Below, one piece after another: positions 27,606-38,023 of a stretch of 64,000 bases of DNA (positions are counted from its first letter, which is position 1; the number at the start of each line of letters is the position of its first letter). Source of the DNA: Dehalococcoidia bacterium (lineage in GTDB: Bacteria; Chloroflexota; Dehalococcoidia; Lucifugimonadales; UBA3495); NCBI GenBank assembly GCA_965261885.1, contig CBDHDY010000005.1, forward strand, positions 7,350 to 71,349. Reading direction: 5' to 3'. The notes under the pieces are model-generated. The model saw only the letters and a program-made list of their open reading frames with translations. It made no database searches and was not told the DNA's origin. The translations under genes were made by a program, and so were the position numbers.

Positions 27606-29015
27606 ATGGGAGCAGCAAAGATGAATGTCATCTGGATAGTTGCCGACACTTTTCGCAGGGACCACATGGGCGCATACGGCAATCCGACGATTCGAACGCC
27701 TTCCCTCGATGCGCTGGCGGCCAGGTCGGTCAGGTTCGACGGGCACTATGCCGCCGGATTCCCGACCATGCCCACCCGGGCGGACCACCTCACGGGCCGC
27801 TGGACGATGTCATTCATGGGATGGGAGCCTCTGCCTGCGGGAGTGACCACCCTGGCGGAGATGCTGGCTGAGCACGGCCTGCACACGGCGGCATCGGTGG
27901 ACACCCCCTACTACCTGAGGAACGGGATGAACTACGACCGGGGGTTCCAGTCCTTCTTCATGAACCCGGGCCAGGATACCATGTGGTCCTTGATTCCCCA
28001 GCCCGGCTATCACAACGAGGCCCTGGATGTCCGGGCGGCGTGGCAAAACGAAAGTGACCGCAATGCCCCGCGAACCTTCAAGACCGCCATTGAGTGGCTG
28101 GAGCAACACTATAAAGAGGACTTTTTCCTTTACCTGGACACCTGGGACCCCCATGAACCCTGGGACGCTCCGGCCTACTACACCGAGCTCTACTGGCCGG
28201 GATACGACGGCGAGGTGGTGATTCCGGTGTACGGGAACTGGCACGACGTGCCGGGCTACACCGAGGAGAGGCTCAGGAAGGGCCACGCGACCTACTGCGG
28301 CGAAATCACCATGGTCGACACCTGGCTGGGTTTCCTGATGAAGTCCGTCGAGAACATGGGTCTGATGGAGAAAACCGCGATCATCTTCACCACAGACCAC
28401 GGTTTCCACTTCGGGGAGCACGGCGGCCTCTTCGGCAAGATGAACTCGGACAAGCTCCCGGATGGAAGCCTCCGGCCCTACGGCGAGCCGGGATCAAAGT
28501 GGACCTACTCTCCGCTCTTCGAGGAACTGATCCACCTCCCGCTTCTGATTCAGGCGCCCGGAGTGGCTCCGGGGGTATTTAAAGGCCTGAGTTCAGCGGT
28601 GGATGTCATGCCGACCGTGCTTGACCTGTTGGGGCTGGAGATCCCGGCCTTCGTCCAGGGCAGGTCTCTGGCACCCGTGATGCGGGACAACTCCCTGCCG
28701 GGGCGGGAGTACGTGGTCAGCAGCATACCCTTCGCCAATCCCGGCGACCCGGTCCAATCCGTGGATAGCCTGCTCCGTACCCTCACAGATCCTCCGGTCA
28801 CCACTGTAACTGCGGCAGATTGGAGCTTGCTTTACAGCCCTCAGGGTGGTCTGTCGGAGTTGTACAATCTGAACTCCGATCCGAACCAAGTTAAGAACGT
28901 GATGGGAGCACACACCGGTGAGGCCAGGGAACTACACCGGCTGCCGGTGCAGTTCATGCGTGAAACCAAGGTGCCGGAAAGGCTGCTACAACCCCGGTTG
29001 GAACTGCGTTTATAG
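27606..29015 (+). CDS. sulfatase-like alkaline-phosphatase-superfamily hydrolase (nucleophile position is Thr)
   Basis: NVIWIVADTFRRDHMGAYGN...TPSLDALA...FPTMPTRADHLTGR aligns to the sulfatase signature C/S-x-P-x-R-xxxLTG but reads T-M-P-T-R. TTDHGFHFGEHG matches the C-terminal metal-site region. Confidence 0.75.
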   Translation: MGAAKMNVIWIVADTFRRDHMGAYGNPTIRTPSLDALAARSVRFDGHYAAGFPTMPTRADHLTGRWTMSFMGWEPLPAGVTTLAEMLAEHGLHTAASVDTPYYLRNGMNYDRGFQSFFMNPGQDTMWSLIPQPGYHNEALDVRAAWQNESDRNAPRTFKTAIEWLEQHYKEDFFLYLDTWDPHEPWDAPAYYTELYWPGYDGEVVIPVYGNWHDVPGYTEERLRKGHATYCGEITMVDTWLGFLMKSVENMGLMEKTAIIFTTDHGFHFGEHGGLFGKMNSDKLPDGSLRPYGEPGSKWTYSPLFEELIHLPLLIQAPGVAPGVFKGLSSAVDVMPTVLDLLGLEIPAFVQGRSLAPVMRDNSLPGREYVVSSIPFANPGDPVQSVDSLLRTLTDPPVTTVTAADWSLLYSPQGGLSELYNLNSDPNQVKNVMGAHTGEARELHRLPVQFMRETKVPERLLQPRLELRL

Positions 29016-29063
29016 ATCCGCTGAAAAGTGCCCCTCGGCGGGCTGCGAAAAACAGGGGCACCG

Positions 29064-29085
29064 GACCGCCGCCGTCCCGGCGGTC
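29064..29085 (+). terminator. GC-rich hairpin downstream of the sulfatase-like gene
   Basis: GACCGCCG-ccgtcc-CGGCGGTC, an 8-bp stem. There is no clear U-tract. Confidence 0.3.
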
Positions 29086-29221
29086 GCGAAGGCTTTGCCG
29101 GACTCCGGGGCCGCATTGCAGCGAAAGAGATAATTCAGGCCGCTTTATATTCTGCGGCTCACATACCCATTCTCACATCAAGGTCCCTCGAGATCACAGT
29201 CTATACAGGAACGTTTCAGTG

Positions 29222-29914
29222 ATGAGTCAAAACCCAGATTTTTCCGAGGGCTTCTACAGGAGTCACGCGCAGCGCTATGCCGAGGTGAGCCACGGCTTCG
29301 TTCAGTCCATATATCTCAAGGCCTCACACCCGGGGCTCAAGGGCGATACGGACCTGATGGACCGGCTCCAAGAGTTGTTCCCCGCCGGCTCCCGGGGGCT
29401 GGATGCTGGCTGCGGTGCCGGCGCCCGCGACGTCTTCTTCTACTGGCAGAAGGGCTACGACGTCTATGGGGTTGACTCCATAGATGAGAATGTTGAGGAG
29501 GCACGCAGACTTCACCCGGAGATCGCTCAGCGGGTGTCCGTCGCTGACCTCCGCAAGCCCCTTGGCCATCCGGACGCCTCCTTCGACTTCGTTCTATGCA
29601 ATGCGGTCATCCAGCACATCGCCCCGGACACAGTCCTGGGAGTAACCCTGCCGGAGCTGGCCAGATTGCTCAGGGCCGGGGGCGTGCTCCAGCTCATGTT
29701 CAAGGTTGGAACGGGAATCGCAACGGTCTACGACAGGGACTACGGCGCGGACAGGACATTCCAGCTCTACAGCGAAAGTGAGGTGCTGGGGGTACTGGCA
29801 AACCACGGCTTGAGCGTGATTCCGGCGGAGGGAGAGAAGCTGGGGGGAGTCATGTACTTCACCGACCCCAAGCCAATGGAACACTGCGTCCTGTTCGCGC
29901 GCAAGGCCGGCTGA
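29222..29914 (+). CDS. class I SAM-dependent methyltransferase
   Basis: LDAGCGAGARD (motif I), YGVDSIDENV, and FDFVLCNAVIQHI match the class. Confidence 0.8.
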   Translation: MSQNPDFSEGFYRSHAQRYAEVSHGFVQSIYLKASHPGLKGDTDLMDRLQELFPAGSRGLDAGCGAGARDVFFYWQKGYDVYGVDSIDENVEEARRLHPEIAQRVSVADLRKPLGHPDASFDFVLCNAVIQHIAPDTVLGVTLPELARLLRAGGVLQLMFKVGTGIATVYDRDYGADRTFQLYSESEVLGVLANHGLSVIPAEGEKLGGVMYFTDPKPMEHCVLFARKAG

Positions 29915-31063
29915 ATGGGAGGGCCCGTTGTTTCAGGACCGGATGCGTCGCCCATTGGGACAGGTATGAACGGTTCGATGGTTCCCAAAAACCTCATGGA
30001 GATTACCCCCACCTGGTTGACCGGGGCGCTTCATAGCAAGGATGCCTCCGGCAGCGCTTCCGTTACCGGATACTCCGCTGAGACCATTGCCGAGGGGAAG
30101 GGGTTTCTGAACCAGGTGTTTCGCCTGAGGCTAAACTATGACGAAGATCCCCTGGACCTGCCGCACACGGTCATAGTCAAACTCCCCTCGGCGGACCCCG
30201 CATTGAGGATGGTCTCCGACAGGCTTGGTCAGGACCGGCGCGAGGTCAGGTTCTATCAGGAGGTGGCTGCCAGCGGTCCCCTTCAAACCCCTTACAGCTT
30301 CTACTGTGGACTGGACCCAGAGACCGGGAACACCATTCTGCTGCTGGAGGACATGAACGCCGCCCGACAGGGCGACAGCGTGGCGGGATGTTCCTTGCCC
30401 GAAGCCCGGCGCTCAGTCGTCCAACTGGCAGAATTCCAGGCCTCGTGGTGGGACAGCCCCCGGCTGGACCGGTTGGAGTGGATGCCGTTGAAGGACGACG
30501 AAACCGGCGTCTACCAGGAGATATATGCCGGTGCCTGGGAGTCCCTCATAAAAAAGGCCGGGGACGCAATGCCCCTAGGTTTACGGCTGCTTGGAGACCG
30601 CCTGATCATTGAAATCCCAGGTATAAAGGCCAAACTCACGGAACCTCCCCGAACGATTATTCATGGAGATTACCGCCTCGACAATTGCTTCTTCCCTGCG
30701 AATGCCACGGCGCGACCGCTGGTCGTTTTCGACTGGGAATTCTGTGCGCGCGGTAAGGGGGTCTGCGATGTTGCCACGTTCGTCAGTGAGGCATTCCCAC
30801 CGCAGCAACGAAGGCAAGGGGAGATGGGTCTCCTGCGCATGTACCACTCTGCCCTCGTGAGTAACGGCGTAAGCGGCTACCTGTTTGAAGAGTGCATATC
30901 CGATTACCGGCTATCGATGCTGGAAGTCTTGGTCTTTTGGATCGTCACGGGAGGCTACTGCGATTTCGATGGTGAGCGGGCCTCAGCGTATTTGCGCAAC
31001 TCACTGGAACGCTTCGACGCCGCCATATCCGATCTCGCCTGCACTGAGCTGCTTTCGAGCTAA
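29915..31063 (+). CDS. kinase-fold phosphotransferase (APH/EcKL-like)
   Basis: IIHGDYRLDNCFF (HGDxxxxN catalytic loop) and VVFDWEF (DFG-equivalent). Its start abuts the methyltransferase stop (TGAATG). Confidence 0.75.
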   Translation: MGGPVVSGPDASPIGTGMNGSMVPKNLMEITPTWLTGALHSKDASGSASVTGYSAETIAEGKGFLNQVFRLRLNYDEDPLDLPHTVIVKLPSADPALRMVSDRLGQDRREVRFYQEVAASGPLQTPYSFYCGLDPETGNTILLLEDMNAARQGDSVAGCSLPEARRSVVQLAEFQASWWDSPRLDRLEWMPLKDDETGVYQEIYAGAWESLIKKAGDAMPLGLRLLGDRLIIEIPGIKAKLTEPPRTIIHGDYRLDNCFFPANATARPLVVFDWEFCARGKGVCDVATFVSEAFPPQQRRQGEMGLLRMYHSALVSNGVSGYLFEECISDYRLSMLEVLVFWIVTGGYCDFDGERASAYLRNSLERFDAAISDLACTELLSS

Positions 31064-31305
31064 CGTCATAGATAGGGCGCCGCTTCAGACAGCGGCAACA
31101 CAGACTTGAGCACGGTCTACGCAGGCTTGACGCACCCAAAAGGCGGTCCTGCCCTCTCAGTCGACCAGCACAATGCCAAGATGGATGACGTATGGGGCCG
31201 GTTCGCCGTCTTCAAGCCCAAGCCCGCGCGCTGGTGCTCCGGGCATGTCAATGGTGTTGTTGTCCAGCGAAAATGGCCGCCTGACTGGTCTGCGACAATG
31301 TCCGT

Positions 31306-31512
31306 TTAGGCGGGTGTTCCCGTCTCAGGTCGTAGTGTCGTCGCTCCGCGCTTGATCTTTCTCAGTGGCGGGCTCTCGGCCAGGGCGTACTTGCAGACGG
31401 TGTTTTTGTGGATGCCCAGCTCGCGGGCGGTCGCCCTGAAGGAGGGTTCCTTGAGCTTGTCCTGCTGCACATTCTCCCGCAGAGTCCTCTGGCGAGCGGT
31501 GGGTATTTGCCC
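31306..31512 (-). pseudogene. orphan HTH fragment resembling an IS21 IstA-type (or similar transposase) N-terminus
   Basis: Manual translation: ...TARQRTLRENVQQDKLKEPSFRATARELGIHKNTVCKYALAESPPLRKIKRG... There is no ATG start and no downstream transposase body. Confidence 0.35.
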
Positions 31513-31579
31513 TTAGGAAGTAGTGTTGTTGCAGTCGGTCGTCAACACTTAGGAGACGGGGTCCGTTCCATCCCCTGGG

Positions 31580-31615
31580 TTACGACCTGCGGTCAGAGGA
31601 CCGGTTGTGCGAACC
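31580..31615. repeat. 36-bp dispersed repeat, copy 2
   Basis: TTACGACCTGCGGTCAGAGGACCGGTTGTGCGAACC. See 20810-20845. Confidence 0.75.
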
Positions 31616-31779
31616 GCAGTTTCAGCGTTCAACGGCCCTTTCCGGTGTGGGAGCCTATGCCCAGGACTACTTGGGTGCAGGGATTTTCCCACGCCGCAAC
31701 CAAGATAAAGGTTGACGCTGAACACCCTGCGCGCATGCCCGATACCCCTTCCTTGTGCTGTCGTTGTAATATAGGGGGA

Positions 31780-32097
31780 ATGCCTACCAAAGTCCCGGTC
31801 AAATGCGCCATTTCCGGCTGCCACCGCCGGATCAAGATGACCCTAGCCGAACGCGAGGAACTGAGGCGGGTGGGACGCGAGAACAATGCTACCGCGGGCA
31901 TCGTCTGCCCCACTGACGTGAAGGCAGCCCTCAACTTCGAATTCGACGATATTGACATCGATGTGCCGCTGGGGGAACTCCTGGTCGAGGCGTCCAAGGA
32001 AACTCCCCATTGGCGCGTGATGTTGTCCCCGCTGCGCGGGGCGGAAGGTGAGCCGGACAACCAGTCCATGCCAGGGCGGGGAGACAGGGTTATTTAA
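31780..32097 (+). CDS. hypothetical protein
   Basis: 105 aa, MPTKVPVKCAISGCHRRIKMTLAEREELRRVGRENN... It is preceded by GGGGGA and TAATAT, which lie in a solo MITE end (31758-31771). I recognise no family. Confidence 0.35.
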   Translation: MPTKVPVKCAISGCHRRIKMTLAEREELRRVGRENNATAGIVCPTDVKAALNFEFDDIDIDVPLGELLVEASKETPHWRVMLSPLRGAEGEPDNQSMPGRGDRVI

Positions 32098-32312
32098 TTC
32101 ACCCGCGCCGGCCTCTAGTATTACAACGACGGTTTCTCAATTTTGTTATTTTTGGCCGAGCATTGCTCCGCGTAGGGCAACTGTCAATGGCGCCGAGATA
32201 ATGGGCCACTGGGGCGGCGTGATCGTGTACCACTGACGTGATAACTGACGGCAGTAAATTGGTCGGAGTGGCGGCGTTACAAGAACAGGAGGAGACGGCG
32301 TTGGCGGTGCGG

Positions 32313-33095
32313 CTATTCCTCGTCGGGTTCTTCTGGAGCCTGCGAGGAAGCGGTCTCCCGGCTGCGCTTGAGTCGGTAGCTCTCGCCGTTCATCTCCAGG
32401 ATGTGGACGTGATGGGTGAGCCGGTCCAGCAGCGCCCCGGTCAGCCGCTCCGAGCCGAAGACCTCGGTCCATTCGTCGAAGGGCAGGTTGGTGGTCACCA
32501 GGATGGAGCCCTGCTCGTAGCGTTGGCTGAAGACCTCGAAGAGCAGTTCCGCGCCCGTGCGGGACAAGGGTACGAAGCCGAGTTCGTCGATGATCAGCAG
32601 GTTCAGTCGTGACAGTTGCCGCTGCAGATTCAGCAGCCTTCTCTCGTCCCTGGCCTCCATCATTTCGTGGACCAGGGCGGCGGCCGTGGTGAAGCCCACC
32701 GACATCCCCCGCTGGCAGGCGGACAGCCCCAGCCCAAGGGCCATGTGGGTCTTGCCGGTGCCGCTGTTGCCGACGGCGATGATATTCTCCCGGCGCTGGA
32801 TGTATCCACACCGGGCCAGTTCCATCACCAGCGCCTTGTTCAGCGAGGGGATCGCAGGGAAGTCAAAGGTGTCCAGGCTTTTGACGGCAGGGAATCGGGC
32901 GGCCCGGATCCGCCGCTCCACCATGCGCTGGTGGCGGTCGATGAGTTCCAGCTCAGAGACGCGCAGCAGGTACTGGGGGTGATCCACACCCTCGGCGGCG
33001 CACTGCGCGGCCATCTTCCCGTACTCTCTCAGGAAGCTGGGAAGCTTCAGTTCCTTCAGATGGTGTTCCAGCAGCAGCGTCGACCGGTCGTTCAT
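32313..33095 (-). CDS. istB: IS21 helper ATPase IstB
   Basis: Walker A GNSGTGKTH, Walker B LLIIDELG and DRLTHHVHILEMNGESYR match IstB. The ATG at 33095 overlaps the istA stop (ATGA). Confidence 0.9.
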   Translation of the reverse strand: MNDRSTLLLEHHLKELKLPSFLREYGKMAAQCAAEGVDHPQYLLRVSELELIDRHQRMVERRIRAARFPAVKSLDTFDFPAIPSLNKALVMELARCGYIQRRENIIAVGNSGTGKTHMALGLGLSACQRGMSVGFTTAAALVHEMMEARDERRLLNLQRQLSRLNLLIIDELGFVPLSRTGAELLFEVFSQRYEQGSILVTTNLPFDEWTEVFGSERLTGALLDRLTHHVHILEMNGESYRLKRSRETASSQAPEEPDEE

Positions 33096-34586
33096 GCCGC
33101 TCTCCCCGACAGCAGGGTCATGTAGTCCCCGGCGTACGTGGTGCTGACCCGGACCCGGGGCAGGTAGGGATAGAGCTCCAAGTCCAGCCTGGGCGGCCTC
33201 CCCTCCAGCCGGCACAGCACCAGGTGCTTCACTGCGTCAAAGCTGATGGCTCCCAGCAGGAGGGCGTCTTTGACCGCTGCGTGCACCTCCTGCTGGGAGA
33301 AGGTCTCCAGCAGCCTGAGCACCTGCACGTACTCCCGCTTGCCCCGCCGTCCCATGCGGGATTCCAGCAGACGCCGCAGCACCCCGAACTCCTCTGGCAG
33401 GGCCCAACCCTGCAGCGGAGCAGCCTGGTCCAGGGCGCCCGTCTTCTGCTCCAGCAGCGGCAGGTAGTGGACGGGGTCGTATACGAAGTCGTCTCGTTCG
33501 TAGGATCTGGGATGGCTGGCGATGACCTCGGACCCGCAGCTGATCACCACTGCGTCGACGTAGCCCCGTACCAGCACGTCCCGGTATCCGTAGGCCACCG
33601 GCACCGAGTAGTCGTTGGTCCTGTATCTTACCAAGGACAGGGAACTCACCCGGCCAGCCTGCTTGTCGCACGCGTCGTAGGCCACCGGCGGCAGGGGCAA
33701 CAGGGCGTCCAGGTCCCGCTCCATCCTCTCGCCGATGGTCTCCGTATGTCCCCTGAGCTGGGCGTCCATTCGCTCCAGGCATCGCCGCTCCAAGTGGGCA
33801 TTCAGTGCATCGAAGCTCTCAAAAGACGACACCGGCACCAGGAAGTTTCGCCGCATGTACCCCACCAGGCCCTCCACCTTGCCTTTGTCATTGCCCTTGC
33901 CGGGGCGGCCGAACCGGTCCTCGAACAGGTAGTGGGACTGCAGTTCGGTGAAGGCGCGGGTGCGCTGGGGCCGGCCGTCGCCCAGTATCTTGGCCACGGC
34001 CAGCCTGGTATTGTCGTAGAGGATGCTCTGGGGCACTCCGCCCAAAAAGGCAAACGCTGATACGTGCCCGTCCAGGAAGGCCTCGGTAGTCTCCGCAGGA
34101 TAGGCCTTGACGAAGCAGCCGTCGCTGTGGGGCAGGTCGATGACGAAACAGTGGGCCTTGCGCTCCATGCCGCCAATGACCACCAGGGCCTCGCCGAAGT
34201 CGCACTGGGCGTGTCCCGGCGGATGGGACAGGGGCACGAACATCTCCCTGGTCTGACGGCGATGCTCTCTTACGTAGTCCTTGACCGTGGTGTATCCGCC
34301 GTCGAACCCGTACTCGTCCCTGAGGCGCTCGAAGATGCGCTTGGCCGTGTGGCGCTGCTTCCTGGGGCGCGCGAGATCGTCCTCCAGGATCCGGTCGATG
34401 ACGCCGGTGTAGGGCTCCAGCTTGGGCTTCCTGGGCGGGGTCTGTCGCTGGTAGCCCGGCGGCACGGAGTAGGTCAGCATCTTGCGCACCGTGTCCCGGT
34501 GCAGGCCAAACTCCCTGGAGACCAATGCTCTTGCCCTCCACCATCACCGCCCAGCGAACCCGCAGATATACGTCCACTCTGTACAT
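33092..34586 (-). pseudogene. istA: IS21 transposase IstA with a frameshift in the N-terminal HTH region
   Basis: The body (FGLHRDTVRKML...GHAQCDFGEA...DNTRLAV...KGKVEG) is intact from 34525 downward. The expected N-terminus MYRVDVYLRVRWAVMVEGKSI (ATG at 34586) is in another frame, and the shift lies near 34520-34530. Confidence 0.8.
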
Positions 34587-35054
34587 CCATCGCACCACCC
34601 ATAAGCTCGACTTGAATCCTATGAATGGCGGCGAACGGTCCAATTTACAACCGCCGTTTGTCAGAGATTACCCGCCCGCACGGGACAATTTACCTCCGCC
34701 CTTTACAGCAACGCCACAAAGCTGTTAAGCGCGTGGACACGCGACACGAAGAGACGCTCAAGGCCCCTCTTTGTGATCCGTCATTGTAATACTAGGGTCT
34801 GTAAAGCAGTGCGCTGTGATGTTGGGATGCCGTGATGCTTTACAGGAGGCTGCCTGCTATGGCTGGGGAGGCGGGGTGCCGGAATACCTGAAGTACCACT
34901 TTCTGCCAGAGGTTGTGCAACCAGGTTTTCCAGCCACCTCTGTGTCAACCAGCGGATGCTTTGGACCGGGCGGACGTGTCGGACTGGCCCAGGGCCTGGC
35001 GATCGGGGCGGGGCTGCAGTAGGATCCGCCACACAGAGATCCAGTGCTGCGAGG

Positions 35055-36269
35055 TCAGACCAGGAGCTCTTTTACAAGGGACAAGCTGGCAGCCAGCTTG
35101 TCGCGCCAGTCGTCTTGAGGATGGCGTACCGTGTTGGTGCACATCCTGAACAGGCAGACGGCCTCGCGCAGGTTCAGCTCGCTTTCTGTCCAGCCGAAGC
35201 GACCAAGGGCTGCCTCCCGGAATGAGACATAGTATTCGCCGCGGCCGCTGTTCCTTCGGCCAAACTGGGACGTCCACTTCAGATGAGCCAGGAAGTTCCC
35301 CACGTCCAGCATGGGGTCGCCCGGCCCCGCTCCCTCAAAATCCACGAGGGCGATCTTGCCGTCCGGCAGGATTACCATCTGGTCGTCGTAGAAGTCGTTG
35401 TGCGCGACCACTGTGGGCTGCCAGGCCTCGGTGAACGGGTCCAGTACCTCGAGGGAGTCTCTGTATGCAGGCCACCCTTCGTCACCCTCTCCGAGTGCGT
35501 GGTTGAGGATTTCCTTCGCTCTCCGGTATCCTCCCGGGAGGTTGAAAGGCGGTATGTCGCATCCTTGCCGCGGAACTGCCCAGAGGCTTTCCAGTCCGTC
35601 AAGAATCAACCCCGGATCCGGATGCTCACCCGCTCGCAACTGCCTACGCATATTCCTGCCCGGAATTTCCGACAGCCACAGCACTCCCCCTTCACGCCAC
35701 AGGCCAGCCAGCCTGGGAACCGTAAAGGCCGACTGTCCTATCAGTTCTGCTGAATTGAGAATGGATGCCACTGCGGACGGGCGTACCACCCGGACATATA
35801 GCCGGGCCTTCCCCATTCGATGCCTCAGCACCGCGTGGCTCCCCGGACGATAGCGGACCACATCGACTCGCATGCGCCGGGGGGGAATCGCCATCACGTA
35901 TTTGCTGACAAGCCGTAACGCAGGTTCAGGGCTACAGACTTCTTCCAGTCCCGGAAGATGGGGATCGTCGGGAAAGCGCGATATGCCAAGAGGCTTGCTG
36001 CGCTCCATATGGAGGGTAAATCTTTCATTGGGCAGATACGCATCGGGGTGCCATTCGACCTCGTAGGTGACGATGGCCTCCTTTCCCTGGGTGTGACTGA
36101 TGCCCACGATCCGAATTCCGTGGGGGTCGAGTTCCTGTTCCCCGAATGCATCGCGGTATGTCTGCCAGACCCATCCGCCATCAAATAGCCCGGCCAGGTC
36201 CGGCAAATGCCGGTCGGCGGGGAATTCCATTCTGGGATGGATAGATATGTCAGTAGACGCAGATACCAC
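35055..36269 (-). CDS. kinase-fold phosphotransferase (aminoglycoside phosphotransferase family)
   Basis: VVAHNDFYDDQMVIL (HxDxxxxQ/N catalytic loop) and IALVDFEGAGPGDPMLDVGNFLAHL match the family. Confidence 0.7.
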   Translation of the reverse strand: MVSASTDISIHPRMEFPADRHLPDLAGLFDGGWVWQTYRDAFGEQELDPHGIRIVGISHTQGKEAIVTYEVEWHPDAYLPNERFTLHMERSKPLGISRFPDDPHLPGLEEVCSPEPALRLVSKYVMAIPPRRMRVDVVRYRPGSHAVLRHRMGKARLYVRVVRPSAVASILNSAELIGQSAFTVPRLAGLWREGGVLWLSEIPGRNMRRQLRAGEHPDPGLILDGLESLWAVPRQGCDIPPFNLPGGYRRAKEILNHALGEGDEGWPAYRDSLEVLDPFTEAWQPTVVAHNDFYDDQMVILPDGKIALVDFEGAGPGDPMLDVGNFLAHLKWTSQFGRRNSGRGEYYVSFREAALGRFGWTESELNLREAVCLFRMCTNTVRHPQDDWRDKLAASLSLVKELLV

Positions 36270-38023
36270 GACTAACTGTTATCTGAGTCGTCATCGTCGC
36301 CGGATGCCGTCTACCTGCAGCTCACCGGCCTAAGCGTGGAAGAACTTATGCCGGGATCCCGCTCGCTACGAGCGGAATCCTGAGGTTTGCCGCCTCTATC
36401 GCATTGTGGTCCGCTTATACTACAACACCACGGGCCGCCGCATTTTCACGCCCGATACAAAGACGAACAGGTAAAGATCGCCATGGGCAACCTGACGGTA
36501 CTGCAGTGCCGTCTCCCGCCACGAGCCCAAGGGGCTGGTCATCGAATGGGCCACTAGCCGTATTCCTGAACTCAGGGCAGCCGCCAGAAGAATGGATCCC
36601 ACTGGTAGGATCGCCCCGCTGGAGTAAGTTCGCCGCCCAGATTACCTTGGGAAGACAGCGGTGCCCTCACTTAATTTTGCCGCAATCCTGTCAGTTGACT
36701 GGGTACACTTTAATGGTCTGCGGGGCAGACTACACAAAGGAGTAGCGGTTAGCTTTTAATAAGAACTCTGGCAACGAACTCCCTTTGCGTGGGATTTCCT
36801 TCATACATAGGCATCGGAATACTTGCAAAAGCTTGATTGTGTTGAGCAAGCAACTGTACCAACAATGGGGAATAGTTCTCCTCGCCCAGATGATCTGCTT
36901 TCAGAAAAGCGTTTAAATTGCCGTTGTGAGTTTCCATAAAAGCCGTCTCACTATGGGCAGAATTATCACTGCCTACCGTCAGGTACTGGTCAAGCAATGC
37001 AATTGCTGCGTTGCTGAGCATATTGAAATGGTCCTCAGAACCAGATTCGGTAAGCTTGACTACGGCGTCAGTCAAGATAGTTTCTGAAACGGGAGGATGC
37101 CGGAATTGAGGGGTCAGCAAAATGACATTACTGAGCATCTTCGATATGATGTAATAGAACAAAAACCGCGACAGGCGTCTGCTTGGACGGTCTGCATTTC
37201 TGCCAAAGCCGATGACGTCGGCGGCACATTTAATTTTGTAGGCTGCATATAGGTCCCGTGCCCCAAATGGCTGCTCTACATCCTGGCGAGGGGACACAAT
37301 TCGCTCATAAATGGTTCCTTGGGGCAGGAATGGGGCATTCTTGTTAAAAGCAATGCCGGGTGCGCCAATCCACCCCGCACCATAGACCTTAATCAGTTCA
37401 AAGGCGTTGACGTAGGCTGAGTATTGGTGCTGCTCAGGATGCTGAGTCTCATAGGCTCTACGCGCTTGCGCGCCACCTCGTTGGATTTCCAGAAATATGT
37501 CATAGTCACTCGCCATCGCGGCCGCCCAATTTTGAAATCCACTCTGCAACGCGATGAAATCTTGCTCGCGGACGGAGTTCTGCGAGTTAGTAAACCTCGT
37601 GATGTTTGTAATCTCTGCCTCGTCGCTACGCACAATTTTGGTCACGACACCACCTTGAGTAGCCCGCTCTTTCCACGCTACGCCGGCGTCGTCGCCAGTG
37701 CCACCGGAATTGAGTTTGCTGTCCAGAACATCCCAAATGGTACGGGTCGTTTGGCAACCATTGACCACATGAGGGTCGTTCATAGTTATGGTGCCATCAG
37801 TGAGCGATTTCGAATATCCAGATACAACAATCGTAATACCATTGTTGTAAAGGCCGAATTTTTCGGGGCTATCTTTCAGCGTGGTAGCGATACCTTTGTT
37901 GATTTTTCGTCGGTCTCCCAAGAACTGGCGAACATTCTTTTCATAAAGTCTGGCCAAATCTCCAGTTTTACTCTTGTACGACTTCAGAAACTCGAACAAA
38001 TCAACTAAGGACACCGTGCCGAC

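Larger units (their letters stand above)
32182..34707 (-). mobile_element. IS21-family insertion sequence (2526 bp) with a 5-bp target duplication GCAAC
   Basis: Ends are TGTCAATGGCGCC... and ...GGGCGGAGG-type, reverse complement TGTAAAGGGCGG. GCAAC lies at 32177-32181 and 34708-34712. Subterminal repeats of the type CAATTTAC..CCGCC are present. It carries istA and istB. Confidence 0.85.
32119..34791. mobile_element. family-2 MITE (about 138 bp) split by the IS21 insertion
   Basis: TA-TTACAACGACGG (32119-32132) and CCGTCATTGTAA-TA (34778-34791) are 11/12 inverted. With 32182-34712 removed, the interior is colinear with the intact copy at 17167-17309. Confidence 0.7.

Noticed and set aside
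31408-32097. The 229-aa plus-strand ORF and the 146-aa minus-strand ORF (31629-32069) covering the same region.
   Set aside because: The upstream 120 codons or so of the plus ORF cross IS and repeat debris and look non-coding. The minus ORF is Ser/Arg-rich and antisense-like. Only the 3' part, 31780-32097, which has an SD, was kept, at low confidence.
34799-34845. A 10-bp inverted repeat, CTGTAAAGCA-N27-TGCTTTACAG, about 90 bp outside the IS21 right end. Its TGTAAAG resembles the IS21 terminus.
   Set aside because: The match to the IS21 end is only about 7 nt. It could be a relic of an IS21 end or a chance palindrome, and I cannot decide from sequence alone.
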